The notes under the pieces: model-generated | Told to the model about the DNA's origin: nothing | Databases searched by the model: none | What the model saw: the letters and a program-made list of their open reading frames with translations, nothing else | Sequence record: DRR723986_5789 | DNA: 51,203 nt | Direction: 5' to 3' (one strand) | In this document: one piece after another, positions 10,151-24,242 of the stretch | How positions within the stretch are numbered: the stretch's first letter is position 1 | How the letters are laid out: every line of letters starts with the position of its first letter | Program-made: the position numbers and the translations under genes

Positions 10151-10874
10151 ATTCCGCTGGCAAATCATCGTGATCGTAATTGTCTGATCCGATACGGGCC
10201 AAAAAGTCCGCTGCTCGGTCCGGCGGTGGACAAGTAGACCTCAACCCGTCGATGTATGAAAACAGATCCTCAGAGATATTCTGCCACATCGGGTCTAGCA
10301 CCACGTCGACCCCTTCATGGCGCAGCAGTTCAGCGGCACTTGAGAATGCACCGTCCCCAGTCAGCAAAACCACCTGTTGAACCTGTCTTTTGTAGGCCAA
10401 AGTAGCGAGGTCAACACCCATCCTCAATTCAATTCCTTTGGGGTGAGAATCTGGTGTGAAATCCTCATCAGCAAGGTCGTCAACTGTGATTCGCTTGCCC
10501 AGCAAATCGGCCAATGCGTCCTCATTGAGTTTCCAGGTATCGGCTTCACGTGCCTCACCCAGTTTCACCGCCAACTTCCGTTTTCTTTGCAATTGACGCT
10601 GAAATGCAACTCGAAATTGTCCCTCTTTGGATTTAGACAAATCGATTTGCTGCCTTGACACGGGCAAAGTCACGCGTTGTGTAAACACCGGGGTGTCGTA
10701 AAAGAAAATTCGGAACAGGTGACGCTTTGGCTGGTTGCGTTCAAACAAATGAGCCGCTGACAAGCGCCACACCAGATCTGCCATGACTTTTGCATCATGG
10801 TGGACTGAACTCGGGAAAATTTGGCGAATTCTGCGAATGAAGAAAGGACCATCCACAAGGATAGCTGTAAGCAT
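10149..10874 (-). CDS. NYN (PIN-like, LabA/DUF88) domain protein with a degenerate active site
   Basis: TAILVDG, RIFFYD, KRKLAVKLG, LAYKRQV, EGVDVVLDPMW and IDGLRS match this NYN subfamily. The canonical KGVD and GDSDF motifs read KGIE and GDGAF. Confidence 0.85.
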   Translation of the reverse strand: MLTAILVDGPFFIRRIRQIFPSSVHHDAKVMADLVWRLSAAHLFERNQPKRHLFRIFFYDTPVFTQRVTLPVSRQQIDLSKSKEGQFRVAFQRQLQRKRKLAVKLGEAREADTWKLNEDALADLLGKRITVDDLADEDFTPDSHPKGIELRMGVDLATLAYKRQVQQVVLLTGDGAFSSAAELLRHEGVDVVLDPMWQNISEDLFSYIDGLRSTCPPPDRAADFLARIGSDNYDHDDLPAE

Positions 10875-11103
10875 ATAAGCCTTTGATAAATATATAAATA
10901 ATTAGTTGGCCAAACTTATTTCGGCGTCGAGAAATAGTTTTCCACAAATATAGTACCACTGAATAACCGTCAAAAATAGCGATGGCAGCACCCATTAAGA
11001 GGGAGAATCTTGCACAGCAAAATTGGCAATACACATACAATAAGTAAGCATAGTACTTACAGCAACTTATTGCCCCCTACAGCCCATTGGTGCGGAGGAA
11101 GAA

Positions 11104-11496
11104 TTGAGCAAAAACTCGGACAGTAGCTTGAACGACACCGCCAGGAAACAAGGCAAATATTGGCTATACATCCTCTCGAACAGCAAACCCAATGGCCCTC
11201 TTTACCTTGGGGACACAAATTGCCTACTTGAGCGAATGGAAGAGCACCTTCAGGGTCTTAGACGGGATTACGCCCACTATCATCGCCTGGATCGTCTCGT
11301 TTACTTCGAGGTTTGGAGTGATCATGACAAGTTTGTGGCCCGACTTCGCCGAGTGCGGAACTGGCCTCGGGACATGCGTTTGCTGTTGATTGAATCCCTG
11401 AACCCCGACTGGGACGATTTATTGCCCCAATTTATGAGCGAATATTCAGTAAAAAGAGTGGAGGAAACAGAAAAGGACCAAGAAAAAGCTGCGTGA
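11104..11496 (+). CDS. Small GIY-YIG nuclease-family protein (YhbQ/UPF0213-like), divergent
   Basis: YWLYIL...LYLGDT...ERMEEH...RLVYFE...LIESLNPDWDDL pattern. GGAGGA SD before TTG 11104. Confidence 0.8.
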   Translation: MSKNSDSSLNDTARKQGKYWLYILSNSKPNGPLYLGDTNCLLERMEEHLQGLRRDYAHYHRLDRLVYFEVWSDHDKFVARLRRVRNWPRDMRLLLIESLNPDWDDLLPQFMSEYSVKRVEETEKDQEKAA

Positions 11497-11699
11497 GCAA
11501 ATTTTTTGAAAATTTGGTATTCCAATTTCCCTGTTCAGCGTTAACAATAATTGAACCTTTTCTTGCAACTCACACACCAATCACTGTGTTGTTCAGTGAT
11601 GTGTGATGTCAAGGGAATTTGGTTAGAGCCTCGGTGTGAATCTGAAAAACTCCGAGCCCAGTACCAACTGCGTTGCAGCGTGTTTTTCAGGAGTTCATC

Positions 11700-12269
11700 A
11701 TGAGTTCGATTGCAGAGCGTTTGACTCGGTCTTATTGCCTGTTTCATTGGTTGCAGGTTAAGCCCATTCCGGATCAAATTCGTTCTAGCGTGGCTTACAG
11801 TTCGCTCGAGCAAGAACTGCTGGCACTTAAAGTGAAACCTGAAGATTTGGCTGCAGTCGGTTCTGATGTAACAGATAATTTTGAAGAATCGAGACTGGCA
11901 TTTATGGTTCGCTACAGCGGGCTCACCTGGTCGACCTGCTCTATCTTCTGCGACGCAATTGAGAACAATAGCTGGCTTCAAAACGGAAATCCATTGCTGG
12001 TTCAGTTCACAGGTGTGGATGCAAGTGGTCAGGTAGGTTTACCTAAAGTAGCTCTGGGCGACTTTATGTTCCTGAAACCCAGCAATGTGTGGATTGACAA
12101 CAATCGAGTGGTGTCCTTTACGGTTCGCTGGAACAAACACGAAACCCGCCGCATGGAACGTTTTATCCGATTGGCCTCGGCACGGCATGGTCTCGAAGCA
12201 ACGGTCAGTAACATCGCTCAAAGTGAAAAGTTCATTGCGGCCATCAAGGCCACAGTAGGTGCACAGTAA
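11700..12269 (+). CDS. Hypothetical protein (189 aa), no recognisable family
   Basis: Open frame with SD CAGGAG before ATG 11700, followed by a strong terminator. Confidence 0.65.
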   Translation: MSSIAERLTRSYCLFHWLQVKPIPDQIRSSVAYSSLEQELLALKVKPEDLAAVGSDVTDNFEESRLAFMVRYSGLTWSTCSIFCDAIENNSWLQNGNPLLVQFTGVDASGQVGLPKVALGDFMFLKPSNVWIDNNRVVSFTVRWNKHETRRMERFIRLASARHGLEATVSNIAQSEKFIAAIKATVGAQ

Positions 12270-12301
12270 ACTGCTTCCAGTACTGCAGAACAGCGGATTG
12301 T

Positions 12302-12339
12302 TCAATTAAAAAGGCACCTTCGGGTGCCTTTTTAATTGA
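12302..12339. terminator. Strong symmetric intrinsic terminator
   Basis: Perfect 17-bp inverted repeat TCAATTAAAAAGGCACC-TTCG-GGTGCCTTTTTAATTGA. Confidence 0.9.
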
Positions 12340-12349
12340 TACTTATCAA
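12336..12349. promoter_or_regulatory. FNR/CRP-family-type box
   Basis: TTGAT-ACTT-ATCAA, an exact match to the FNR consensus TTGAT-N4-ATCAA. Confidence 0.5.
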
Positions 12350-12350
12350 C

Positions 12351-13667
12351 ATGCAAGATACCAAACCGGCTACTACCGCCTTATATGACCTGATTACCGG
12401 TGACGAAGATGCGCGAGTTTGCAAGGACATCCCCGATGAGTCTTGCAAACATCAACCTGTCAATTTTTTTCTGCATCTGATCAGCAATTTTTTCACCAAG
12501 CTTGCAGACGAAATAGCCAGTGCCCGGCTGATATTTCCATGGGTTCTGGGTCTCTTGGGGGCCCCGCTTCTCCTGGTTTCTCTTGCAGTGCCCATTCGAG
12601 AGTCGGGTGTTTTGCTCCCCCAGCTGTTTATTGCAGCCAGGATAAGAGCCAAAGCACTCAGAAAGTATGTCTGGATGTTGGGGGGGATGCTCAGTGGCGT
12701 CGCGCTTTTGGCTTGTGCATTTGTATTGCTAGTTGATTTATCGGCGAAACATGCCGCCTGGCTGGTTTTTGCCGCGCTGATTCTGTTCAGTGTCGCAAGG
12801 GGCGTTTGCTCTGTGGCAGCGAAAGACGTTTTGGGGAAAACCGTATCTAAATCACGGCGAGGCACACTCATGGGACTGGCCACCAGCGTTTCGGGCATTT
12901 TCACTTTGCTGTTGGGATTGAATCTGGGGTTTTACAATCAGATTAAAAACAATGAAGGGATATTGGCAAGTCTTTTCGGTATTGCGGGGCTGTGCTGGAT
13001 AGTGGCCTCAGTGGCCATTTGGGCAATTCGAGAGGAACCTGGTGCCACTGAAGGCGGCGCAAATGCGGGTATCGAGGCTTTAAAGTCACTTCGTTTGCTC
13101 AAAGATGACATACCTTTTCGTAATTTCGTGATTGTTCGCACCCTGCTGCTCAGTGTGTCGTTAGGAGCACCCATGTTGATCATTCTTGCTCAGAACAGCC
13201 TGGGCAATGCAGCATTGATTGGTTTGTTTTTAATTGTTTCGGGCTTGGCCAATACTGTGTCTGGCTACGTGTGGGGACGCTTGGCTGATTATTCAAGTCG
13301 AAGTTTGATGGCGGTCGCCAGCGGCATCAACGCCATGGTGAGCATTGCAGTGTTGATGATTTTGCAATTCGAGATCGAGCTTAGCGCCTTGCTGCTGTTT
13401 GTGACCGCTTATTTTCTGACATCAGTTTGCCTGGCAGGCGTGCGTTTGGGCAGGAAAACCCTGCTTGTGGATATGGCCACTGCGGAAACACGCTCAGCTT
13501 ACGTGGCTGTCAGCAATACTGTGATCGGTCTTCTCATCTTGATTATGGGCGTAGCGGTCAGTTTGCTTGCTGGGCAAAACACGCAAGTGATGCTGTGGAT
13601 TTTTAGCGGTTTTTCAGCGACTGCTTGCGCACTGTGCCCTCTACTTTTACCAGCACAGCGCGGCTAA
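12351..13667 (+). CDS. MFS transporter
   Basis: About 12 hydrophobic segments, WGRLADYSSR loop motif and N-terminal GDEDARVCKDIP. Confidence 0.85.
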   Translation: MQDTKPATTALYDLITGDEDARVCKDIPDESCKHQPVNFFLHLISNFFTKLADEIASARLIFPWVLGLLGAPLLLVSLAVPIRESGVLLPQLFIAARIRAKALRKYVWMLGGMLSGVALLACAFVLLVDLSAKHAAWLVFAALILFSVARGVCSVAAKDVLGKTVSKSRRGTLMGLATSVSGIFTLLLGLNLGFYNQIKNNEGILASLFGIAGLCWIVASVAIWAIREEPGATEGGANAGIEALKSLRLLKDDIPFRNFVIVRTLLLSVSLGAPMLIILAQNSLGNAALIGLFLIVSGLANTVSGYVWGRLADYSSRSLMAVASGINAMVSIAVLMILQFEIELSALLLFVTAYFLTSVCLAGVRLGRKTLLVDMATAETRSAYVAVSNTVIGLLILIMGVAVSLLAGQNTQVMLWIFSGFSATACALCPLLLPAQRG

Positions 13668-13688
13668 CACAAATCAAAACCCGATTAA

Positions 13689-15023
<1,335 letters not shown>

Positions 15024-15065
15024 CTAAAACTTCTAGCCCCTTGTGGGCCGTTTTCTGGGTGCTTC

Positions 15066-16439
15066 TTACTTTTTTTGACGGGCTTCAGCGTTGCGTTGGG
15101 CAAGCCACTTGAGCTTTTCTGTAATTTTACCCTCAAGGCCGCGTTCTGTGGGCTGATAAAACTGTGAGGCTTGCATGCCATCAGGCCAATAGCTTTCACC
15201 GGCGGCATGTCCCTCTTCCTCGTCGTGGGCATAACGATATCCAGTGCCATGGCCCAGCTCTTTCATCAGCTTGGTGGGGGCATTGCGCAAATGCATGGGT
15301 ACAGGCATGGAATTGCTCTGTTTCACATGCGCCATGGCCTGTTTGTAGGCGTTGTAACCCGCATTGCTTTTCGCAGCGATTGCGAGATAAAGCACGCACT
15401 GGGCCAAAGCCAATTCACCTTCAGGGCTACCCAAGCGCTCATAAGTTTGCGCAGCTTCGTTCGCGATGGTAAAAGCGCGGGGATCGGCCAAGCCAATGTC
15501 TTCCCACGCCATGCGCACAATGCGACGGGCCATGTAGCGCGGGTCAGCCCCCCCATCAAGCATGCGGCAAAACCAGTACAAGGCCGCATCGGGGTCAGAG
15601 CCACGCACCGATTTGTGCAAGGCCGATATTTGATCATAAAAAGCATCGCCCCCTTTGTCGAAACGACGAATCTGCGAGGGGGCAATTTGCCTTAACGCAG
15701 AGAGACTCAGGCTCTTCAGCCCCTGCGCTTTCGTTTGAAGCAGCGTAATCTCCACCAAATTCAGAAAACGGCGTGCATCCCCATCGGCATAAGCACACAA
15801 CGCCTCAAAAGCCTCTGCCTCTACAACCACTTCAGTGTTCAACTCTGCCTGAGCACGCTTGAGCAAATGCCCAAAGTCGTCTTCACTCAAGCTATTGAGT
15901 ACATAAACCTGAGAACGTGACAACAACGCAGAGTTCACCTCGAATGAGGGGTTTTCAGTGGTCGCGCCAATAAATGTCACAAGGCCCGATTCTACAAAGG
16001 GCAATAAAGCATCTTGCTGAGATTTGTTAAAACGGTGAATTTCATCGATGAACAAAATAGTGGTTTTGCCTGCACGCGCATATTCACTGGCTTGATCAAT
16101 CGCGGCGCGAATTTCCTTGACCCCGGAAAGCACAGCTGAAAGAGCAATGAACTGTGAGCTGGCAGCGCCTGCCAACAATCGAGCCAATGTGGTTTTACCC
16201 ACGCCGGGAGGGCCCCATAAAATCAGGGAATGGACATGTTGTCGTTCGAACAACAAGGACAACGGTTTGCCTGGGCCCAAGAGGTGGACTTGTCCCACCA
16301 CCTCAGCCAGATTGCGTGGACGGATGCGCTCGGCCAAAGGAACCGACGCACTCACCGCTTCAGCGCTGACGCTGTTACGTACGCCCTTTGCAAAGGGACT
16401 AGTGCGTGAAGGTTCTTCACCAAACAAGTCTGAGGTCAT
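15066..16439 (-). CDS. rarA: Replication-associated recombination protein A (AAA+)
   Basis: [41 protein letters not shown] and [12 protein letters not shown]. Lies in ftsK-lolA-rarA-serS order. Confidence 0.96.
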   Translation of the reverse strand: MTSDLFGEEPSRTSPFAKGVRNSVSAEAVSASVPLAERIRPRNLAEVVGQVHLLGPGKPLSLLFERQHVHSLILWGPPGVGKTTLARLLAGAASSQFIALSAVLSGVKEIRAAIDQASEYARAGKTTILFIDEIHRFNKSQQDALLPFVESGLVTFIGATTENPSFEVNSALLSRSQVYVLNSLSEDDFGHLLKRAQAELNTEVVVEAEAFEALCAYADGDARRFLNLVEITLLQTKAQGLKSLSLSALRQIAPSQIRRFDKGGDAFYDQISALHKSVRGSDPDAALYWFCRMLDGGADPRYMARRIVRMAWEDIGLADPRAFTIANEAAQTYERLGSPEGELALAQCVLYLAIAAKSNAGYNAYKQAMAHVKQSNSMPVPMHLRNAPTKLMKELGHGTGYRYAHDEEEGHAAGESYWPDGMQASQFYQPTERGLEGKITEKLKWLAQRNAEARQKK

Positions 16440-17071
16440 TGCGTTTTAATGAGGTCAACACCCGCAGGGGCCTTGAAATCAAAATAACTTGCGGACCTTT
16501 GTTTGGAGAAATCCCAATTGGTCAGCTCCAGCTGGGTAACCTGCCCAAGCGCATCATGAATTTCGAGCTTGACCGGCAAGCCATCCTTCCAGCCGATTCT
16601 GGCAAAGTCGAACAGATTGTCTTTGTCTTTGGGGCGTATGACGAGCCATTCTTTGCCATCTTTGACACCCTCGTCTTTGAGATTGAACAATTTGTCGACG
16701 TCTTTGCTACCGAACAAAAGGGCTACGGGTGTGGAATCCATCGCGTTGCCAATCGGCTTTTGTGTGGCATGCCCCATGTCTTCGTCGTAAGAAACTACTG
16801 TGCTGCCGTTAGAAAGCAGCAGCAAAGGATAGGGTTTCTTGATTTCCCAGCGAAATTTTCCAGGTCGGGAAAACGTAAATTCTCCAGTGCCGCGCTGCTT
16901 CACCGCGCCACTTGGAGAAATGACCACCTGCGAAAACTGACCTTCAGCGAAAGCACGGTTCTTTACAAAGTTGTTCAACGCCTCTTGGGCGGAGGCCCAA
17001 GCAGATCCGATGGCTCCAGTGCTTAAAGCCGCAGCCAGAACAGATCGAAACAAGAATTGCTGAATTCGCAT
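16436..17071 (-). CDS. lolA: Outer-membrane lipoprotein carrier LolA
   Basis: Signal peptide, RPGKFRW and STPVALL. Located between ftsK and rarA. ATG 17071 chosen. Confidence 0.9.
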   Translation of the reverse strand: MRIQQFLFRSVLAAALSTGAIGSAWASAQEALNNFVKNRAFAEGQFSQVVISPSGAVKQRGTGEFTFSRPGKFRWEIKKPYPLLLLSNGSTVVSYDEDMGHATQKPIGNAMDSTPVALLFGSKDVDKLFNLKDEGVKDGKEWLVIRPKDKDNLFDFARIGWKDGLPVKLEIHDALGQVTQLELTNWDFSKQRSASYFDFKAPAGVDLIKTQ

Positions 17072-17148
17072 GAAAATTTTTATTCCTTTGAAACCATTAT
17101 TTTCTAATAACGCACATCGGGACGATGGGTAAACAGGCTTTACCAAAC

Positions 17149-19470
17149 TTAAAACGGTTCATCATCCTGTTGGCCCGCGTCTGTGCGAGCCAGAATTTCA
17201 CGGTTGCCATTGGACTGCATGGCAGACACCAAACCAGCCTGCTCCATACTTTCAAGTAAACGCGCCGCGCGGTTATAACCAATCCGTAGGTGGCGCTGTA
17301 CAAAAGAAATGGATGCTCTTCGGTGCTTGAGCACAATGCTGACAGCCTGATCGTATAGAGCATCCTTTTCGCCGTCAAAGCTGCCCGCGGTGGCGTCCAT
17401 GCTGCCATTGCCACCCTCTTCGGCAGTTCCTCCTTCCAGAATGCCCTCTATGTAATTGGGCTCACCGCCCTTCTCTTTCAGGTACTCAACCACGCGATGA
17501 ACTTCGTCATCCGACACAAACGCGCCGTGGACGCGCTGGGGAACGCCGGAGCCTGGAGGCAGGTACAACATGTCACCTTGACCCAAGAGCGCTTCGGCTC
17601 CCATTTGATCAAGAATGGTGCGGGAATCAATTTTGGAGGAAACCTGAAATGCGATTCGGGTGGGAATGTTGGCCTTGATCAACCCGGTAATGACATCCAC
17701 CGAAGGCCTTTGAGTGGCCAAGATCAGATGAATACCAGCTGCACGAGCCTTCTGCGCCAAGCGAGCAATCAATTCTTCAATTTTCTTGCCCACCACCATC
17801 ATCAGATCAGCCAGTTCGTCGATCACAATGACCAACATTGGCAGGGTGTCCAATGGCTCAGGTGCATCAGGAGTGAGGCTAAATGGGTTTGGAATACTCT
17901 GACCCGCCTTTTTCGCATCTGCAATTTTTGAGTTGTAGCCTGCCAAATTGCGTACACCCATTTTGCTCATCAGGCGGTAGCGCTTCTCCATTTCACCCAC
18001 AGCCCAGTTCAGGGCATTGGCAGCTTGGCGCATGTCGGTGACCACCGGGCATAACAGATGCGGGATACCTTCATAAACGCTCATTTCAAGCATTTTTGGG
18101 TCAATCAGAATCAAACGCACTTCTTCGGCGCCGCTTTTGTACAGCAGTGACAAAATCATCGCGTTGATACCCACCGATTTACCCGAGCCGGTGGTACCCG
18201 CCACCAAAAGGTGTGGCATTTTGGCCAAATCGGCCACCACCGGCTTACCGGCGATATCTTTACCCAAGGCCATCGTCACAGGCGATTTGTTGGTACTGTA
18301 TACCTGCGAACCCAAAATCTCGGTCAACTTCACCACTTGTCTGCGCGGGTTAGGCAGTTCAAGCCCCATCAGGTTCTTGCCGTATATGGTTTCAACCACG
18401 CGTATGGACACCAAGCTTAATGCGCGGGCCAAATCTTTGGCCAAATTCACCACTTGAGAACCCTTCACACCCGCAGCAGGTTCAACTTCAAAACGGGTAA
18501 TCACTGGGCCTGGCTGGGCCGCCATCACCTGAACCTGTACTCCAAAATCACTGAGCTTCTTCTCGATCAAGCGAGAGGTATATTCAAGTGTGTCAGCTGA
18601 TACGGTTTCAATGGCGGCGGGCGCATCATCCAGCAAACCCAAAGGTGGTAACTCTGTCTCGGTCAGCTCGGCAAACAAAGGTTGCTGTTTCTCTTTAATC
18701 GCCTGTACCGAGGGTTCAACGGGTACAGCGACAGGTTCTATTCGAATCGGTTTGTGCTCTTCGAATTTCTCGCGTTTTTGCTCTACTTTTTCGACCCGGG
18801 CCAAGGCGACTTTTTTGCCTTCCTTGCGGTCGAAGTAGGCCGTCACCAATTCTCTGGTTTTGAACACCAATCCTTCCAGAAAGCCACCCACGCGTTCGGC
18901 CATCACTGCCCAGCTTAGCCCCAGTAATCCGCTCAGGCCAGCCGCCGTGCACAGCAATAGCAACATCACAGCGCCAGAAAGTCCGAGCAACTGCTGAAAA
19001 ATGCTGGAGATGGTTTGTCCGACAACGCCACCCGCACCTGCGGGAAGACCTTCGCCTTTGAAGATCGACAAAGACTCAAGCCCCATTAAACCAACCCACA
19101 GCACCAAAAAGCCGATTGGTCTTACCCAGGCAATCCACTTTGGCAAGGGTTCGTTAAAACCAGGCAACTCGATGGCATCCACCATTTTGCGGGCACGCCA
19201 CAACATAAAGAATGACAGGCCCAACAAAGCGTAAGCAGAATAGCCGGCGATGAAAAACAGCAAATCGGATAAGTGAGCCCCCACGGCCCCGCCAAAGTTG
19301 CTGACGACACTGCTGCCTGATTCATGGGAAAAACTGTCGTCGCTGCTGCTGTGCGAAACAAGAATCAGAAACAGGTAGATGGAAAAGACAAGAAGACACA
19401 ACCAACGGATTTCCAGCAACAACTTGCTGATCCGAAGAGTGCCTGTATTTTGTGTGGTCCTGGAATTCAC
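17149..19470 (-). CDS. ftsK: DNA translocase FtsK
   Basis: N-terminal TM domain, [35 protein letters not shown] and gamma domain ([14 protein letters not shown]). GTG at 19470 chosen because the longer ORF overlaps trxB. Confidence 0.95.
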   Translation of the reverse strand: MNSRTTQNTGTLRISKLLLEIRWLCLLVFSIYLFLILVSHSSSDDSFSHESGSSVVSNFGGAVGAHLSDLLFFIAGYSAYALLGLSFFMLWRARKMVDAIELPGFNEPLPKWIAWVRPIGFLVLWVGLMGLESLSIFKGEGLPAGAGGVVGQTISSIFQQLLGLSGAVMLLLLCTAAGLSGLLGLSWAVMAERVGGFLEGLVFKTRELVTAYFDRKEGKKVALARVEKVEQKREKFEEHKPIRIEPVAVPVEPSVQAIKEKQQPLFAELTETELPPLGLLDDAPAAIETVSADTLEYTSRLIEKKLSDFGVQVQVMAAQPGPVITRFEVEPAAGVKGSQVVNLAKDLARALSLVSIRVVETIYGKNLMGLELPNPRRQVVKLTEILGSQVYSTNKSPVTMALGKDIAGKPVVADLAKMPHLLVAGTTGSGKSVGINAMILSLLYKSGAEEVRLILIDPKMLEMSVYEGIPHLLCPVVTDMRQAANALNWAVGEMEKRYRLMSKMGVRNLAGYNSKIADAKKAGQSIPNPFSLTPDAPEPLDTLPMLVIVIDELADLMMVVGKKIEELIARLAQKARAAGIHLILATQRPSVDVITGLIKANIPTRIAFQVSSKIDSRTILDQMGAEALLGQGDMLYLPPGSGVPQRVHGAFVSDDEVHRVVEYLKEKGGEPNYIEGILEGGTAEEGGNGSMDATAGSFDGEKDALYDQAVSIVLKHRRASISFVQRHLRIGYNRAARLLESMEQAGLVSAMQSNGNREILARTDAGQQDDEPF

Positions 19471-19560
19471 TGTAATAAGAGTAGCCCGCAATGCAGCATA
19501 TAATTGAAGTCTGTATTCTGACAAAGTTCGAGAGAAATATCTCGAACTGACACCATTTGA

Positions 19561-20544
<984 letters not shown>

Positions 20545-20571
20545 CAAGAGCCCCTTTAAAGAAGTGCCGCA

Positions 20572-21213
20572 TTGAAAAAGCTGACTTCCATGGCAGACCT
20601 TGAAGGCGTGAGGCGCTCGCTCAAAGAGCAGCGCCTTGAAGCCGAGCGCCAGGAGAAAATTAAAGCTGCCGAACTTCAAAAACGACAAGAGGAAGCCAAC
20701 CTGTTCAAAAGACAGGTTCGAGATGTCACTCCCCTGCCCGACGCCAATCTCAAGCTTCACGAACTGGAAAAACCGGCACCCATCGCCCGCCAGCGGGAAA
20801 TGGATGATGAAGCTGTGCTGTGGGAAAGTATCTCCGATGAAATGGATGTCGAGCGCTTTCTGGAAACCGATGACAAGCTGTCTTACCGCCGCAATGGCGT
20901 TGGCGTAGAAGCCTTGAAAAAGCTGCGCAAGGGCCAATGGGTTATCCAGGCTCAAATCGATTTGCATGGGCTGCGCTCTGATGAAGCCCGCACAGCGGTG
21001 GGTGAGTTTTTACGATCCAGCGTAAAACATGACATTCGTTGTGTCAGAATCATTCACGGAAAGGGTTTGGGCTCAATTGGCAAAGAACCCGTGCTGAAAG
21101 AAAAAGTGAAACGCTGGCTGGTTCAGAAAGACGAGGTGCTTGCTTTTTGCCAGGCTCCACCGAGGGACGGTGGCGCGGGGGCATTGCTGGTGATACTCAA
21201 AGCCCGACAATAA
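20572..21213 (+). CDS. Smr/MutS2 C-terminal domain protein
   Basis: IDLHG, RIIHGKGLGS and DGGAGA motifs. Confidence 0.9.
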   Translation: MKKLTSMADLEGVRRSLKEQRLEAERQEKIKAAELQKRQEEANLFKRQVRDVTPLPDANLKLHELEKPAPIARQREMDDEAVLWESISDEMDVERFLETDDKLSYRRNGVGVEALKKLRKGQWVIQAQIDLHGLRSDEARTAVGEFLRSSVKHDIRCVRIIHGKGLGSIGKEPVLKEKVKRWLVQKDEVLAFCQAPPRDGGAGALLVILKARQ

Positions 21214-21239
21214 CAAAACACACCACGGAGACAAAACAT

Positions 21240-22160
21240 ATGAAAGCGGCAAGCCCCCCGATTGAATGGCAACAAGGATTCGCCAAATCAGGCACTACCG
21301 GACTGAATATGGCCTGGGAAAGCGCGGGCCCCGAAGATGGTGAAACCATCTTCATGGTGGCTGGACTTGGCTGCCAGCTGACCATGTGGAACGATGAGTT
21401 TTGTGCACCTTTGTTGCAGCGGGGTTACCGACTGGTGCGCTTCGACAACCGCGATATCGGCCTGACCGACCAACACCCCACCAGCATGAAAGTGAACGTA
21501 CCCGCCACATTCATTCGCAACAAGCTGGGCTTGCAAACTCCAACCAATTACAAGCTTGACACCATGGCCAACGATGCAATTGGCCTGATTGATGCACTTG
21601 GATTAAAGCGCCCTCACCTGCTCGGTATTTCAATGGGGGGCATGATCTCGCAAATCGTTGCAGCCAAGGCACCCGAGAAAATTGGAAAGCTGGTGACCTT
21701 GATGTCGAGCACCAACAACCCGAAGCTACCGATGCCCACACCGAATGTGTTGCACAACATGTTCCTGAAAAAACCAAAAAGCCAGAAAATTGACGATGTG
21801 GTGGCACATGTGGAACGGGTGTTTACTGCCATTGGAAGCCCCGGCTATCCGCCTGACCCACTGAAGTTGAGGGAGCGGGCCCGGAAATCATACAACCGTG
21901 CTTACAAGCCTGCTGGTGTGCTGCGACAAACCCATTGTGTGGTGGCCACTGGATCTATCGAGGATTACACACGGGAAATCAAAGTGCCCACCTGCGTGAT
22001 TCATGGGCTGGATGATCCACTCTTGAAGAAGGCCTGCTCGGAACGAATCGCCAAGTTGATACCCAATTCAAGACTTCATTTGATCAAAGGCTTGGGCCAT
22101 GATTTGCCAGAACCTTTGGCGCCCACATTTGCAGAAATCATTCACAGCCATTTAGGCTAG
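21240..22160 (+). CDS. Alpha/beta hydrolase (esterase-like)
   Basis: RFDNRDIG, GISMGG nucleophile elbow, HGLDDPL and GLGHD. ATG 21240 after GGAG. Confidence 0.88.
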   Translation: MKAASPPIEWQQGFAKSGTTGLNMAWESAGPEDGETIFMVAGLGCQLTMWNDEFCAPLLQRGYRLVRFDNRDIGLTDQHPTSMKVNVPATFIRNKLGLQTPTNYKLDTMANDAIGLIDALGLKRPHLLGISMGGMISQIVAAKAPEKIGKLVTLMSSTNNPKLPMPTPNVLHNMFLKKPKSQKIDDVVAHVERVFTAIGSPGYPPDPLKLRERARKSYNRAYKPAGVLRQTHCVVATGSIEDYTREIKVPTCVIHGLDDPLLKKACSERIAKLIPNSRLHLIKGLGHDLPEPLAPTFAEIIHSHLG

Positions 22161-22183
22161 CAGCCCGCTAAACCACGCCTTGT

Positions 22184-22222
22184 AAAAAAGAAAGCCCAAG
22201 TGAAGAACCTGGGCTTTTCGGT
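22184..22222. terminator. Probable bidirectional terminator
   Basis: AAAAAAGAAAGCCCAAG...CTGGGCTTTTCG between convergent genes. Confidence 0.6.
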
Positions 22223-24213
<1,991 letters not shown>

Positions 24214-24242
24214 TGGGTACCTGCATAGTAGTTGTCGCCTTT

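Noticed and set aside
11497..11699. Structured spacer as retron msr-msd or CRISPR array
   Set aside because: No reverse transcriptase or cas gene in the window and no repeat-spacer periodicity.
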